The notes below the pieces were generated by a model. It ran no database searches and was not told the DNA's origin. It was given only the letters and a program-made list of their open reading frames with translations. Below, piece by piece: positions 37,402 through 46,382 of a DNA stretch of 64,000 nucleotides. Each line of letters starts with the position of its first letter. Position 1 is the first letter of the stretch. Location: the sequence record KT919972.1; one strand, 5' to 3'. A program made the translations under genes and the position numbers.

Positions 37402-37436
37402 AATAAATACTCTCGTATACAACTAATACGGGAGTA
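37402..37436 (+). promoter_or_regulatory. Late promoter overlapping an RBS-sequestering hairpin
   Basis: AATAAATA (37402-37409); tactctcgta (37408-37417) pairs with tacgggagta (37427-37436), which contains the GGAG SD. Confidence 0.7.
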
Positions 37437-37442
37437 CCTATC

Positions 37443-37826
37443 GTGTTTTCACAATATAAAATTTACGTGCTCTTGGCGGTTGCTGCTGTTTTCATTGGTT
37501 CTATTGGTTACTTGAAGTATGAGAATGTAAGTCTTGAGAAAGATTTAGTTACTCAAACTGCTGAAGTTGAGCGACTAACGGGTGATAATGAGCGTTTGCA
37601 AACAACTATCAAGAACAAAAACTTAACAATAGATCAATGGCGAAGTGTTTACCGTGAACAGGAACAATATCGCAAAACTCTTCAAACAGAATTGGACAAG
37701 TTAACCGCGACTATTGACACATACAAATCACGTCAAGATATCGTATTTCAAAAACCTGGTCTAGTTCAAATAAAAGAGCAAAAAGCTCTTGACAAGTTCT
37801 TCGACGAGGTGCGAAATGGTCAATAA
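37443..37826 (+). CDS. pseT.3: Inner-membrane spanin (i-spanin)
   Basis: N-terminal TM plus coiled coil, KPGLV motif; synteny rnlA..pseT. Confidence 0.85.
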   Translation: MFSQYKIYVLLAVAAVFIGSIGYLKYENVSLEKDLVTQTAEVERLTGDNERLQTTIKNKNLTIDQWRSVYREQEQYRKTLQTELDKLTATIDTYKSRQDIVFQKPGLVQIKEQKALDKFFDEVRNGQ

Positions 37827-38145
37827 AATCATAGCAATTGCTCTATGCTTCATGCTGGTCGGTTGTATCGGTACACCAAAAGAGCCAGTACCTGAGCCGC
37901 AAAAGAATGAAATCGTCCACCCCAATATTCCAACACCACCGCCAAATCCCGGTGTCAAAATATTGGTCATTACGACTGATACAATCAAAGCTAATACAGC
38001 TTATGTGGGTTTTGAATACGACGAATGGTTAGATTTCGCGAAGTGGATGCATTCGTACAAGACATATAACTTTGATTTACTTGAGGTTATTCGACTGTAC
38101 AAAGAGCAAGATGCAAATATTCAGAAAAAAGATGAAAATAATTAA
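37816..38145 (+). CDS. pseT.2: Outer-membrane lipoprotein spanin (o-spanin)
   Basis: Lipobox LVGC after a signal peptide; Pro-rich linker. Confidence 0.85.
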   Translation: MVNKIIAIALCFMLVGCIGTPKEPVPEPQKNEIVHPNIPTPPPNPGVKILVITTDTIKANTAYVGFEYDEWLDFAKWMHSYKTYNFDLLEVIRLYKEQDANIQKKDENN

Positions 38146-38147
38146 AG

Positions 38148-38224
38148 AAAAGGGTTGCTTCGGCAACCCTTTTTGCGTATTATAGCTACATCGAAACGAC
38201 ATCGACTAACAAAGAGAGTAAATT
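38148..38224 (+). promoter_or_regulatory. Terminator-promoter fusion plus conserved leader
   Basis: Same 40-nt block as at 23384; TATTATAGCTACATCGAAACGACATCGACTA shared with 53128. Confidence 0.85.
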
Positions 38225-38524
38225 ATGATTCAATTCAAAGGCAGAAAAATTATCTCTGACAATCAATATTCCATATGGGTTTATGATTCTATTGACTCGC
38301 TTAAAAGCGACGACTTAAATGAGCGTAACTTTTATAACAACGTAACTGGTGAAACTCATAAAAAGCTGCGTATTCGTCGCGGTCGCTTTGGCAAGAATTG
38401 GGTTCTCCGTGCTACGTCGAAAGACGACGACTCTACAATGTTAGTAGTTGCAGAAGGCTTCAAAACGAAGAAAGAAGCAATTGAATACGTAAATGACGTT
38501 TACTTAAACACAAAAGGGCTGTAA
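38225..38524 (+). CDS. Hypothetical early protein
   Basis: After an early promoter. Confidence 0.7.
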   Translation: MIQFKGRKIISDNQYSIWVYDSIDSLKSDDLNERNFYNNVTGETHKKLRIRRGRFGKNWVLRATSKDDDSTMLVVAEGFKTKKEAIEYVNDVYLNTKGL

Positions 38525-38525
38525 T

Positions 38526-38759
38526 ATGAAGCATCTAGAAAATGCATACAACGAAGCGAATACTCAGTTTCACCAATATGGTGTATGTAGTGTATTTCAG
38601 CTTGAAAGTTTAATCGAAGAGCTTGAATCTTCTGTTCCGAGTAACGTGTTTGTTAAAGCAGCACGCAATGAACTCGATTCATTCAGTGCTCTATCTGGAA
38701 CTCGTACAACACAACTTCTCGAAATTGCCGAGTCTATCGTGACTCGATACAAGAAATAA
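38526..38759 (+). CDS. Hypothetical protein
   Basis: ORF. Confidence 0.65.
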   Translation: MKHLENAYNEANTQFHQYGVCSVFQLESLIEELESSVPSNVFVKAARNELDSFSALSGTRTTQLLEIAESIVTRYKK

Positions 38760-38767
38760 GGACAAAT

Positions 38768-39685
38768 ATGAAACTGATTGTAACAGTCGGTGTGCCTGCG
38801 TCCGGCAAAACTACGTGGGCTGAGAAATTCTGTGCAAACGGAAAAGCAGTAAATGTCAATCGCGACGATACTCGTCAAGAACTGTTCGGTCCCTTCAAGT
38901 GGGGCGAATACAAATTCACGAAGCAAAACGAAGAACTTGTAACTAAAGTCAACAAAGACAAAGCTATGCTTGCACTTCGTCAAGGTAAGAGTGTTGTTAT
39001 CTCTGATACAAACCTTGTGCCTGAACGTCGCGAAGTGTGGCGAAACATCGCACAAGAGCTAGGTGCTGAATACGAAGAGAAGTTATTTCATATCTCTTTC
39101 GATGAAGCATTTGCACGCGATAAGGCTCGTGAAATGTCAGTCGGTGGTAAAGTTCTAACAACTATGTTCCAGAACTATCACAAACACAATCGCGATTTGA
39201 TTATCGCGCATTTCAAATCACTGCTTGAACCTCTGTGGGAAGCAGGTACTGATTTGTGTGTATTGTCAGACATCGACGGTACGGTTGCTGAAATGCATAA
39301 AGGTATCAAAGGTCGTCGTAGCCCATTTGAATGGCTACGTGTTGAAGAAGATTCGCCGCGTGATACTGTAATCGAAATGCTAGATCTTCTAAGCGCCCAC
39401 TACCCAATCATCTTCATGAGCGGTCGTGATGGTATTTGTGAAGAGCATACGCGCCGTTGGTTATCTAAGCACATGCCATTCACACACTCAAGTGGTTTTG
39501 ATTTGGTAATGCGCAAGAAAGGCGATTCTCGCCCGGATTGGGTAATCAAACTAGAATTGCTGCTAGAATTAGCAGAACGCGGTTTCCGTCGTCCTATTGT
39601 GATGTTCGATGATCGTGACCAAGTAGTCAATACTCTACGTGAAGTAGGTGTTGAAGTGTTCCAAGTACAACCAGGTAACTTTTAA
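38768..39685 (+). CDS. pseT: Polynucleotide 5'-kinase/3'-phosphatase
   Basis: TVGVPASGKTT, NRDD.R, SDTNL, DIDGT, SGR, FDDR.QV. Confidence 0.95.
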   Translation: MKLIVTVGVPASGKTTWAEKFCANGKAVNVNRDDTRQELFGPFKWGEYKFTKQNEELVTKVNKDKAMLALRQGKSVVISDTNLVPERREVWRNIAQELGAEYEEKLFHISFDEAFARDKAREMSVGGKVLTTMFQNYHKHNRDLIIAHFKSLLEPLWEAGTDLCVLSDIDGTVAEMHKGIKGRRSPFEWLRVEEDSPRDTVIEMLDLLSAHYPIIFMSGRDGICEEHTRRWLSKHMPFTHSSGFDLVMRKKGDSRPDWVIKLELLLELAERGFRRPIVMFDDRDQVVNTLREVGVEVFQVQPGNF

Positions 39686-39695
39686 AGGTAAAAAT

Positions 39696-40247
39696 ATGAT
39701 TGAATTATCAGTAACAGTAGCGGCAATCTTGTTTGTATTGTTTGTAATTTACATGTACAAACGTGCGGCAGACAAGCAAAAAGCAGAAAACGCGAAGTCG
39801 ATGCGTGAACAAGCAAACCCTGACATTCTCGACCGTCTGCGTGACCGCGATGCAAAAGAACTTCGTTCGTTGAATGGTACATCAAGCAATGCAAAATCTC
39901 GCGTGACTCATTCAGTGCGTCATAATGTACCAAAAACTCAATCACTGTCGCGTACTTCTCGTAAGCGTCGTGAAGATGATGACATCGTGACAAATCCGCT
40001 GCATCCCTTAAACCCGATTACTGACCCTGTAGGTCTGTATTCAGATGACGAGCCAGCACGCTCACGACCTGAACCAAGCTACTCTGCTCCTGAGCCGAGT
40101 TACAGCGAACCAGAGCGCGTGTCTAGCCCGGGTAGTTACTCATTCGGTGGTAGTTCTGACAGCTCTTCAAGCTACTCAAGTTCGAGTGATAGTGGTTCAA
40201 GCTACTCAAGCAGCGATAGCAGTTCTGGTGGTGGGAGCTTTGACTAA
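39696..40247 (+). CDS. Membrane-anchored protein with a Ser/Gly-rich tail
   Basis: N-terminal TM; PEPSYS x2; SSSDSGSSYSSSDSSSGGG. Confidence 0.7.
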   Translation: MIELSVTVAAILFVLFVIYMYKRAADKQKAENAKSMREQANPDILDRLRDRDAKELRSLNGTSSNAKSRVTHSVRHNVPKTQSLSRTSRKRREDDDIVTNPLHPLNPITDPVGLYSDDEPARSRPEPSYSAPEPSYSEPERVSSPGSYSFGGSSDSSSSYSSSSDSGSSYSSSDSSSGGGSFD

Positions 40248-40759
40248 TGATTGTATCTGAGATTCGTGGCGATTTAGTCGCCACTCTCGCTCACGCGATT
40301 GAAAACCCTAATCATCAACGCACTTTTATCATGGGACAAGGTTGTAACTGTTTTATCAGACAAGGTGCAGGTATTGCAGGTCAATTACGACGTTTCCCCG
40401 AAGTTTACCAAGCTGATATCGACTTCGGTCGTAGCGGTGACCCACTGAAGCTAGGTGAATACTCGGTTGCGTTGTTTGATGACCACGGAACTGTCCCTCA
40501 AGCTGTTGTGTTTAACATGTACACACAGTTCAGCATGGGTACGAAAGAGAGACACGCTGAATACTCTGCAATTGCTGAATCTGTGCGTGGTATCGTTCGC
40601 TATCTTGAAGGCAATGACGATAAAATCTACTTACCTCTTATTGGTGCGGGTCTAGCGGGTGGTGATTGGGAAATTATTCGTGATATCATCGACCGTGCAA
40701 GCGGTAGTAAAGAAATCGTTATTGTTCATTTTGAAGAAGATAAATTAATCGACTGGTGA
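40247..40759 (+). CDS. Macrodomain (ADP-ribose hydrolase-like, T4 Tk.4/DarG type)
   Basis: IRGDL, GCNCF..QGAGIA, FNMYTQ, PLIGAGLAGGDW..I. Confidence 0.88.
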   Translation: MIVSEIRGDLVATLAHAIENPNHQRTFIMGQGCNCFIRQGAGIAGQLRRFPEVYQADIDFGRSGDPLKLGEYSVALFDDHGTVPQAVVFNMYTQFSMGTKERHAEYSAIAESVRGIVRYLEGNDDKIYLPLIGAGLAGGDWEIIRDIIDRASGSKEIVIVHFEEDKLIDW

Positions 40760-40762
40760 TGT

Positions 40763-40933
40763 ATGTTCCCTTCCGAACTTGCGTTTAATGCATTGATTTT
40801 ATTGCTTATTCTGTCATTGATTGCATTATTTGTATATTTTATTACGAAAATGATTGACAAGAGTGAGGCTAAACGTGTTAAACTACGTCATAAGATCATA
40901 AGGCAACGAGCTAGAAAGAGATTACCTAAATGA
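40763..40933 (+). CDS. Small membrane protein, 56 aa (below track cutoff)
   Basis: MFPSELAFNALILLLILSLIALFVYFITKMIDK...; TM plus basic tail; stop overlaps the next ATG. Confidence 0.6.
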   Translation: MFPSELAFNALILLLILSLIALFVYFITKMIDKSEAKRVKLRHKIIRQRARKRLPK

Positions 40934-41160
40934 GTTTTGAAACAAATAAAAAACTTGCTGAAGCTTTCGACTCGTGGCGCATTGTCCCTCGAATTTTAGT
41001 TGCAATGTATTGCTACTTGCTTTATACTACAGCAATATGGTTCATGGCACTGCCTGACCCTTCAGCAACACAATCTGCATTTGTATCGACTATTGTCGGT
41101 GCAGGTGCAGCGATATTCGGTTTATACACAAATTCTGGAAAAGGAAAAACAAATGGCTAA
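40930..41160 (+). CDS. Small 2-TM membrane protein
   Basis: DSWRIVPR...WFMALPDPS..QSAFVSTIVGAG. Confidence 0.7.
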   Translation: MSFETNKKLAEAFDSWRIVPRILVAMYCYLLYTTAIWFMALPDPSATQSAFVSTIVGAGAAIFGLYTNSGKGKTNG

Positions 41161-41344
41161 ATTACTTTACGCACACGAAGTTGAACATGAAATGCAACGA
41201 CGCGACGTGTGGTTGAAAGCATGGTGTCATACTGCGAACGCAAATGACTGTAAAGAAACATCAACTGCAACAAACTATGCTGATGCATGTCTAGCTGCGT
41301 TTGACCGTCGATTTGAAAATATTAAGGTGGTATCAGATGCTTGA
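41153..41344 (+). CDS. Hypothetical protein
   Basis: AAGG RBS. Confidence 0.65.
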   Translation: MAKLLYAHEVEHEMQRRDVWLKAWCHTANANDCKETSTATNYADACLAAFDRRFENIKVVSDA

Positions 41345-41735
41345 TTTAGATGTAGTACTACTCAACCCAAATATCATCAAGTCAACTGAAATCGCTGGTC
41401 ATAACTTCGGTGTTCAGGTCATTGAAATTGTAAGTGATAATATTTCTGGCGACGACGTTGATAACTTTATTGATTTCATCGTTGAAGCTGAAACACAAGA
41501 ACGTGAGCACCCGTATGTTGGTCACTTCTACGGCGACTTACTAGTATTGAACGTAGCTGAAGAACGTCACCACTTCGAAGCGCGTATGTCTGAAGAAGAC
41601 ATTGCGAATCTAACAATCGAGCTTGATGATGCATTCATTCAACACACATACGAGTTTATTGAATGGTACAAGCGAAAAGCGCGAGAGTTCTTCGATGATG
41701 ATGAATTAGAATTCGAAATTGACAATCAAATCTAG
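41337..41735 (+). CDS. Acidic hypothetical protein
   Basis: AAGGTG RBS. Confidence 0.65.
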   Translation: MLDLDVVLLNPNIIKSTEIAGHNFGVQVIEIVSDNISGDDVDNFIDFIVEAETQEREHPYVGHFYGDLLVLNVAEERHHFEARMSEEDIANLTIELDDAFIQHTYEFIEWYKRKAREFFDDDELEFEIDNQI

Positions 41736-41737
41736 TT

Positions 41738-41767
41738 AAATCCCGTCTTAACCGACGGGATTTTTTT
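41738..41767 (+). terminator. Intrinsic terminator
   Basis: aaatcccgtc-ttaacc-gacgggatttttttt. Confidence 0.85.
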
Positions 41768-41773
41768 GTTTTG

Positions 41774-41781
41774 TCTAAATA
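41774..41781 (+). promoter_or_regulatory. Late-promoter-like motif
   Basis: TCTAAATA (1 mismatch to TATAAATA). Confidence 0.6.
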
Positions 41782-41809
41782 GAAGAAACAACATTAAAAG
41801 GTTAATTAA

Positions 41810-43261
41810 ATGAAACAATTTAACGAATTTTATCAAGAAGTTCGCCTTGATGAGATTTCTGACCGTGCGAATATAGACATTGATTGGGATTGGGGGCATG
41901 AGAACGGTACAGGCGAGACTTCAGCGCGATTCAACGCAGCGGGGGAAGGATTCTCGGTTAGCGTAGACGAAAGCAACCCTGGTTATTTCTCAATCACATT
42001 CCAAAACTCAGGTGGCTATGCTCAGACAGGTAAAGCAGGACACTCTGCGGCTGCGGTATTCTCTGGTGTATTGACGACTCTACGTGAATTCACCGAGACG
42101 TATGAAGAAGAAATGGGCATGAAGCCGTATGAATATGACTTCAGCGCAGCGTACGAGCTACCAGCAAATCATGAGTACTACGCACTGAATAACAATCGAC
42201 GCGAAGCAACTCGCTTAGACGAAGAAAGTAAGAAAAAGCTATTGAAAGACTTGATTTCCCGTCCAATGCTGTACTACGCACTGTCACTGACTTTCGGTAA
42301 AGAATATGGCTATTCGACTGAGATTAGCGACCGCTGGCTTGCACGTCTAGCAGGTGGTGCAAACGATTTCCGTTCTGTTCGTAAGAACGTGACGCGCAGC
42401 ATTCTTTCAATGAGCGACAGCGACGTTAACCAAGCGTTGATGAGTATGAGCGGTTCAGTTTCGTTTACTCTTACCAATGAACACGAACGTCCTAGCAGCT
42501 ACGACACTGCATTCGGTGGCGGTCCGTCTCTTGAAGATTACGTCGATGAAGCAGATCAATACCAAATCGAAGCATGGATCAATGAAGGTCGTGAAGATGA
42601 AATCATTGAACACGCAGATTGGCAAACTCTAGTTCGTATTGCTAGTTGGGGTCTGATGCACGAAGAGCTGATTTTCCATGATGACGAAGACGTTCGTAAT
42701 GCAGTTATTGCCTCTGATTACGAAATGGGTGAGAAACTTGCAACATCTGATGAAGGGGAACATCGTAAGCAAGCTGCTGAAAATGGTTTTGCTATCTGGG
42801 ATCTTGTTCTTGACTCGGACGAGGACGTGCGAGAAGCGGCATGGGAATGGTCTTTCGAGAACGACGACGCAGATACACGTATCACATATGCGAAACGCTA
42901 CGAAAGTGAATTCGGTCGTGATATGGCAGAAGATATCTGGGATAGAATGGTCGATGATACAGATGATTACGAAGAACGCCAATACGTAGCCGAGCAAGGT
43001 TATCGAGTTGATGAACTTCTAGCAGACCATGACGAAGATGTTCGCGAATCTGCAATTGGTGCGGTATTTAACGTACTGGGGTTAGAGGGTCGCGAAGCTG
43101 CTGAGTTCTTGATGAATAACTCAGATCCATATCAAGAAGAAGTGTTTGAATACGCTATAAATGGTAACTTCGGTCCGTCATTTGATGAAGCACTTATTGA
43201 GCTTGCTGAAGAAAACGGCGTTGATGTATCTGAGTACAAAGACGACGAAGACGAAGAATAA
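41810..43261 (+). CDS. Candidate internal head protein with an acidic HEAT/LRV-like repeat C-terminus
   Basis: MKQFNEFYQEVRLDE; repeats HDDEDVRNAV, DSDEDVREAA, DHDEDVRESA. Confidence 0.65.
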   Translation: MKQFNEFYQEVRLDEISDRANIDIDWDWGHENGTGETSARFNAAGEGFSVSVDESNPGYFSITFQNSGGYAQTGKAGHSAAAVFSGVLTTLREFTETYEEEMGMKPYEYDFSAAYELPANHEYYALNNNRREATRLDEESKKKLLKDLISRPMLYYALSLTFGKEYGYSTEISDRWLARLAGGANDFRSVRKNVTRSILSMSDSDVNQALMSMSGSVSFTLTNEHERPSSYDTAFGGGPSLEDYVDEADQYQIEAWINEGREDEIIEHADWQTLVRIASWGLMHEELIFHDDEDVRNAVIASDYEMGEKLATSDEGEHRKQAAENGFAIWDLVLDSDEDVREAAWEWSFENDDADTRITYAKRYESEFGRDMAEDIWDRMVDDTDDYEERQYVAEQGYRVDELLADHDEDVRESAIGAVFNVLGLEGREAAEFLMNNSDPYQEEVFEYAINGNFGPSFDEALIELAEENGVDVSEYKDDEDEE

Positions 43262-43266
43262 TATTT

Positions 43267-43305
43267 AAAAAAGGGTTGACAGATGTCAGCCCTTTTTTGT
43301 ATCAT
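43267..43305 (+). promoter_or_regulatory. Terminator-promoter fusion
   Basis: aaaaaagggttgaca-ga-tgtcagccctttttt; TTGACA-N18-TATCAT. Confidence 0.7.
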
Positions 43306-43334
43306 GTGTGTATCGAAAACGAAAAGAGAATAAT

Positions 43335-43607
43335 ATGAACATTAATGACTTAACAGAAATATTCATCAACATTCACGACGAGCATTATGACGTTGATGAT
43401 ACATTAGATCGAATCGAAGCATCGATTGACCGTGACGACGTACATGGTATGTTTATGCCTTTTACACAAGGCGTGAGCATCTTTTTCGAGAAGTTTGACG
43501 ACGAAACGCTTGAATTAGAAAAGTATCAAGAATTCGTCATCGAGAAACTACAGAGTGAGTTCGGTGACGAGATTGGTGAAATTGAATTTGAACTTAGAGA
43601 GAAGTAA
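43335..43607 (+). CDS. Acidic hypothetical early protein
   Basis: AAGAGAATAATATG leader. Confidence 0.7.
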   Translation: MNINDLTEIFINIHDEHYDVDDTLDRIEASIDRDDVHGMFMPFTQGVSIFFEKFDDETLELEKYQEFVIEKLQSEFGDEIGEIEFELREK

Positions 43608-43608
43608 G

Positions 43609-44232
43609 ATGTTATTAGCCGACTACATTAAACACGTGATGCAAGAATATCACACGATTTTCCCGACTCGATTTTCAGTACTAGATCATCTTTTCGCTAC
43701 GAACGGAAATGGGATTACTCTCAAAGATGGTTATATCATGGATTTCGAGACTCGGCAAGTCAAAGAGCCTACACGTTTATCGCGTGAAGAGATTATTCAA
43801 CATGTGAAAGACTCTTCAGATTATAGACTTGGGTTGTGTGCTCGTGTGATTAAAGAAATCGGTGATGAGTACCCCGAAGCAACAGAAAAGTTGAAGAAGC
43901 GTTTAGAATCTCATATGGCAGAAGACGAGCGAACAATCGAACGTCTGTGCAACATTGACGAAGCATACAAAATTCAACCCGATTTAACACGACTTGAAGT
44001 GTATGCATGGGGTGGTGAGCGTCGCTACATCCCGATGTATGACTTTGAAAAATCGAAGTATGATGACACAATCGAGCAGCTTGAGTACTTCAGAGATTGC
44101 ATTGTCAACGCGACACCATATGAACTAACTGAAGATTCTTCTGACACAGAAAAATTCTACGCTCGTGGAGTTCTGTCGTGGAAAGAAAACGTCGGCGAAA
44201 TCGACAAAATCATTAAAAAACTTCGCAAATGA
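43609..44232 (+). CDS. Hypothetical protein
   Basis: ORF with GAGAG RBS. Confidence 0.7.
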   Translation: MLLADYIKHVMQEYHTIFPTRFSVLDHLFATNGNGITLKDGYIMDFETRQVKEPTRLSREEIIQHVKDSSDYRLGLCARVIKEIGDEYPEATEKLKKRLESHMAEDERTIERLCNIDEAYKIQPDLTRLEVYAWGGERRYIPMYDFEKSKYDDTIEQLEYFRDCIVNATPYELTEDSSDTEKFYARGVLSWKENVGEIDKIIKKLRK

Positions 44233-44233
44233 T

Positions 44234-44262
44234 GTTTATCTTTGCTGTGTTTTTCTTATAAT
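44234..44262 (+). promoter_or_regulatory. Class II promoter
   Basis: G-TTTATC-N16-TATAAT. Confidence 0.55.
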
Positions 44263-44276
44263 AGAGTAATCATGTT

Positions 44277-44654
44277 ATGTTACACAAATATTCGACCAAT
44301 CGTTTTATGAACATGGTTAATTACATGAGTTCTCAATTCGTGCAAGGTACGATATTCTTGGGATTCATGCCGATTACAGCGCCTAGCGATTCTTGGGGAA
44401 TGTACGTACCTGAGAGTGACCATCGCTGGTGCGCTGTCCATTTATTTGACTCTGAACAACAAGCGACTCGTTCAGATGAAGAAGAACGAGAGCAGAAGCG
44501 AATCAATAAAGGTTATGAGTGGTTAATTGTTCTTTACGGTACAGACAATTCATCATATATGAAACGCTTTAAGCGTCGTGAAGACGCAATCGCATGGTTC
44601 TTCAATGAAGAGTCAGTGAAAACATTAGATGGGCTATTCTTTTATAATAGCTGA
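44277..44654 (+). CDS. Hypothetical protein
   Basis: ORF; start uncertain. Confidence 0.65.
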   Translation: MLHKYSTNRFMNMVNYMSSQFVQGTIFLGFMPITAPSDSWGMYVPESDHRWCAVHLFDSEQQATRSDEEEREQKRINKGYEWLIVLYGTDNSSYMKRFKRREDAIAWFFNEESVKTLDGLFFYNS

Positions 44655-44666
44655 TAGAGAGAAAAC

Positions 44667-45287
44667 ATGAACGTTGAACAGACCCTACGTGAATTGAATC
44701 AAGTCAACAACAAGGTTTACACGCGAATTATAAATGAGGCAATAAAACCGAATATTCTTTCAATTTACGAGTATATGAAATCGAAAATTGGCTACAATAA
44801 AGAAATCTGGTATGGTGATGCTGACGTATATGTGTCAATCGAGCCTGCATATGTGAAATACCGAGAAGAACACGACGTACTAATCATCAAAAACGTAGTA
44901 TCGTGCTTTGACCGTGCAATAGTTGTCGCGATCATCAACAAAGAGACTGGTGATATCCCGCTCTGTAAGTGTGTTGAATCATGTGGTGTGAAGCGCGAGG
45001 GTTATAGTTTCGGGGATCATCGTGATTGGGAAGTTGAAGGTCTTGATACGCTTCGAGAACACGATTGGAAATTCGGTTATGAAGATCTTCGCGATGATTC
45101 GTTAGTATTCAAGCTAGAATCTTATTGGGAAGACGTTCGACCTGACAAGCCATATAACGGCTGGATGCGTTCATCACATGGCTGTGGATTTCTTGTGGAT
45201 AACTTGCTATACGCTGAACGAGAAATCCGATGGACATATCACACTATCGTCGAAGATGAAGCATATACGATTTGCGATGGAGAATGA
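44667..45287 (+). CDS. Hypothetical protein
   Basis: GAGAGAG RBS. Confidence 0.7.
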   Translation: MNVEQTLRELNQVNNKVYTRIINEAIKPNILSIYEYMKSKIGYNKEIWYGDADVYVSIEPAYVKYREEHDVLIIKNVVSCFDRAIVVAIINKETGDIPLCKCVESCGVKREGYSFGDHRDWEVEGLDTLREHDWKFGYEDLRDDSLVFKLESYWEDVRPDKPYNGWMRSSHGCGFLVDNLLYAEREIRWTYHTIVEDEAYTICDGE

Positions 45288-45310
45288 AAAAGGGGCTTTC
45301 GCCCCTTTTT
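45288..45310. terminator. Bidirectional intrinsic terminator
   Basis: aaaaggggc-tttc-gccccttttt between convergent genes. Confidence 0.85.
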
Positions 45311-46364
45311 ATGGTCGGTAAATCATGTGATTCGACCCCATTCTCTCCCACGTACCTAGATTCATGCGATTGCGCATTTCAGCGAATAATGCTGGGTTTG
45401 CTCGTATGTCATCGAGTGGTAGTGCAACGACACCTTCAGTTTTATGTGCTAGTAGCTCAAGTTTATCTAGTAAATCACTAGAGTTGCGACCGTCGTATTT
45501 AAACTGACTAAACCAATAACCAATCTTACTAAATTTCTGATCTCTGGTGTATCTTACATCAAATCCTTTCAACGAATACTTCAAACTACTTTCTTTACCT
45601 TTGAACGGCTGTCTCGACTCGCTGTGTTCAGCACCCGCACGTGAGATCAATCGTTTCTTAGCATCACTTGGTATATTTTCCCACCCATCAAAGTTGTGTT
45701 TAAATCGATTAATCCATGCCTGAGCAGTAGCTGGTGAATTTTTAAAATCTGCTTTAGTATCAGCGATAGCTTGAGCATAACGAGCGTTTATCTCATGCGA
45801 ATAGTTCTGATATTCGTCGTGAGTCGCTTTGTGTCCGCTTTTAGCGTGACGGATGAACTCTTTGTCGATGTAAGCTCTATTGCGCCCTGAGTGTTGATAC
45901 ACACCCTCTTCGTCGCGTGTCTCGAAGTCTTCTATATCACCAGAACGCCAGTTATCATAAGCATGTTGCAGTTCATGCAATGCAGTGCTGTACATTTGCT
46001 CTTTCTTGACTCTAAACTTAGCCATAATCTGACTCACCGCAGTAACACCGGTTATATCAACGGTGATTTGCAAGTTCCCTGCTTCACCTGCTTCTGGGTC
46101 GTGTAAAGCACCGCGCCAAACACCCATTTCGGTTGGGTTTTGGTTATCAAGTTTAAGATAAGCAACGATACCACGCGCAAGAAGCGCATCGAACTCAGTT
46201 TCACCAGTTTTGATGTTCAGATTCTTGGTATTAAGTGCGAGTTTGTTCGGGTCGAATGGTGGGCTACTCAGAGCAGCTTCTAATTGTGTTTCAAGCTTAT
46301 CGACGATAAACTTAGATGCGTACTCTAATGCACGCTGCGATTGAACGCTTTCAAAAATAATCAT
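45309..46364 (-). CDS. Zincin-like metallopeptidase, candidate injected protein
   Basis: ALHELQHAYD plus downstream Y.N..HEINAR; N-terminus MIIFESVQSQRALE; minus-strand CCTAAATA upstream. Confidence 0.7.
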   Translation of the reverse strand: MIIFESVQSQRALEYASKFIVDKLETQLEAALSSPPFDPNKLALNTKNLNIKTGETEFDALLARGIVAYLKLDNQNPTEMGVWRGALHDPEAGEAGNLQITVDITGVTAVSQIMAKFRVKKEQMYSTALHELQHAYDNWRSGDIEDFETRDEEGVYQHSGRNRAYIDKEFIRHAKSGHKATHDEYQNYSHEINARYAQAIADTKADFKNSPATAQAWINRFKHNFDGWENIPSDAKKRLISRAGAEHSESRQPFKGKESSLKYSLKGFDVRYTRDQKFSKIGYWFSQFKYDGRNSSDLLDKLELLAHKTEGVVALPLDDIRANPALFAEMRNRMNLGTWERMGSNHMIYRP

Positions 46365-46382
46365 CTTTTTTCTCGAATTCGG

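Noticed and set aside
40060-40247. Ser-rich DNA repeat as a non-coding element
   Set aside because: It is a low-complexity coding tail with varied Ser codons, not a DNA-level repeat.
40854-40884. Promoter TTGACA...TAAACT
   Set aside because: 19-bp spacer, inside a small membrane ORF, no leader motif.
40930-41160. Holin call for the 2-TM protein
   Set aside because: No endolysin or late promoter adjacent and no similarity to T4 holin T; left as a membrane protein.
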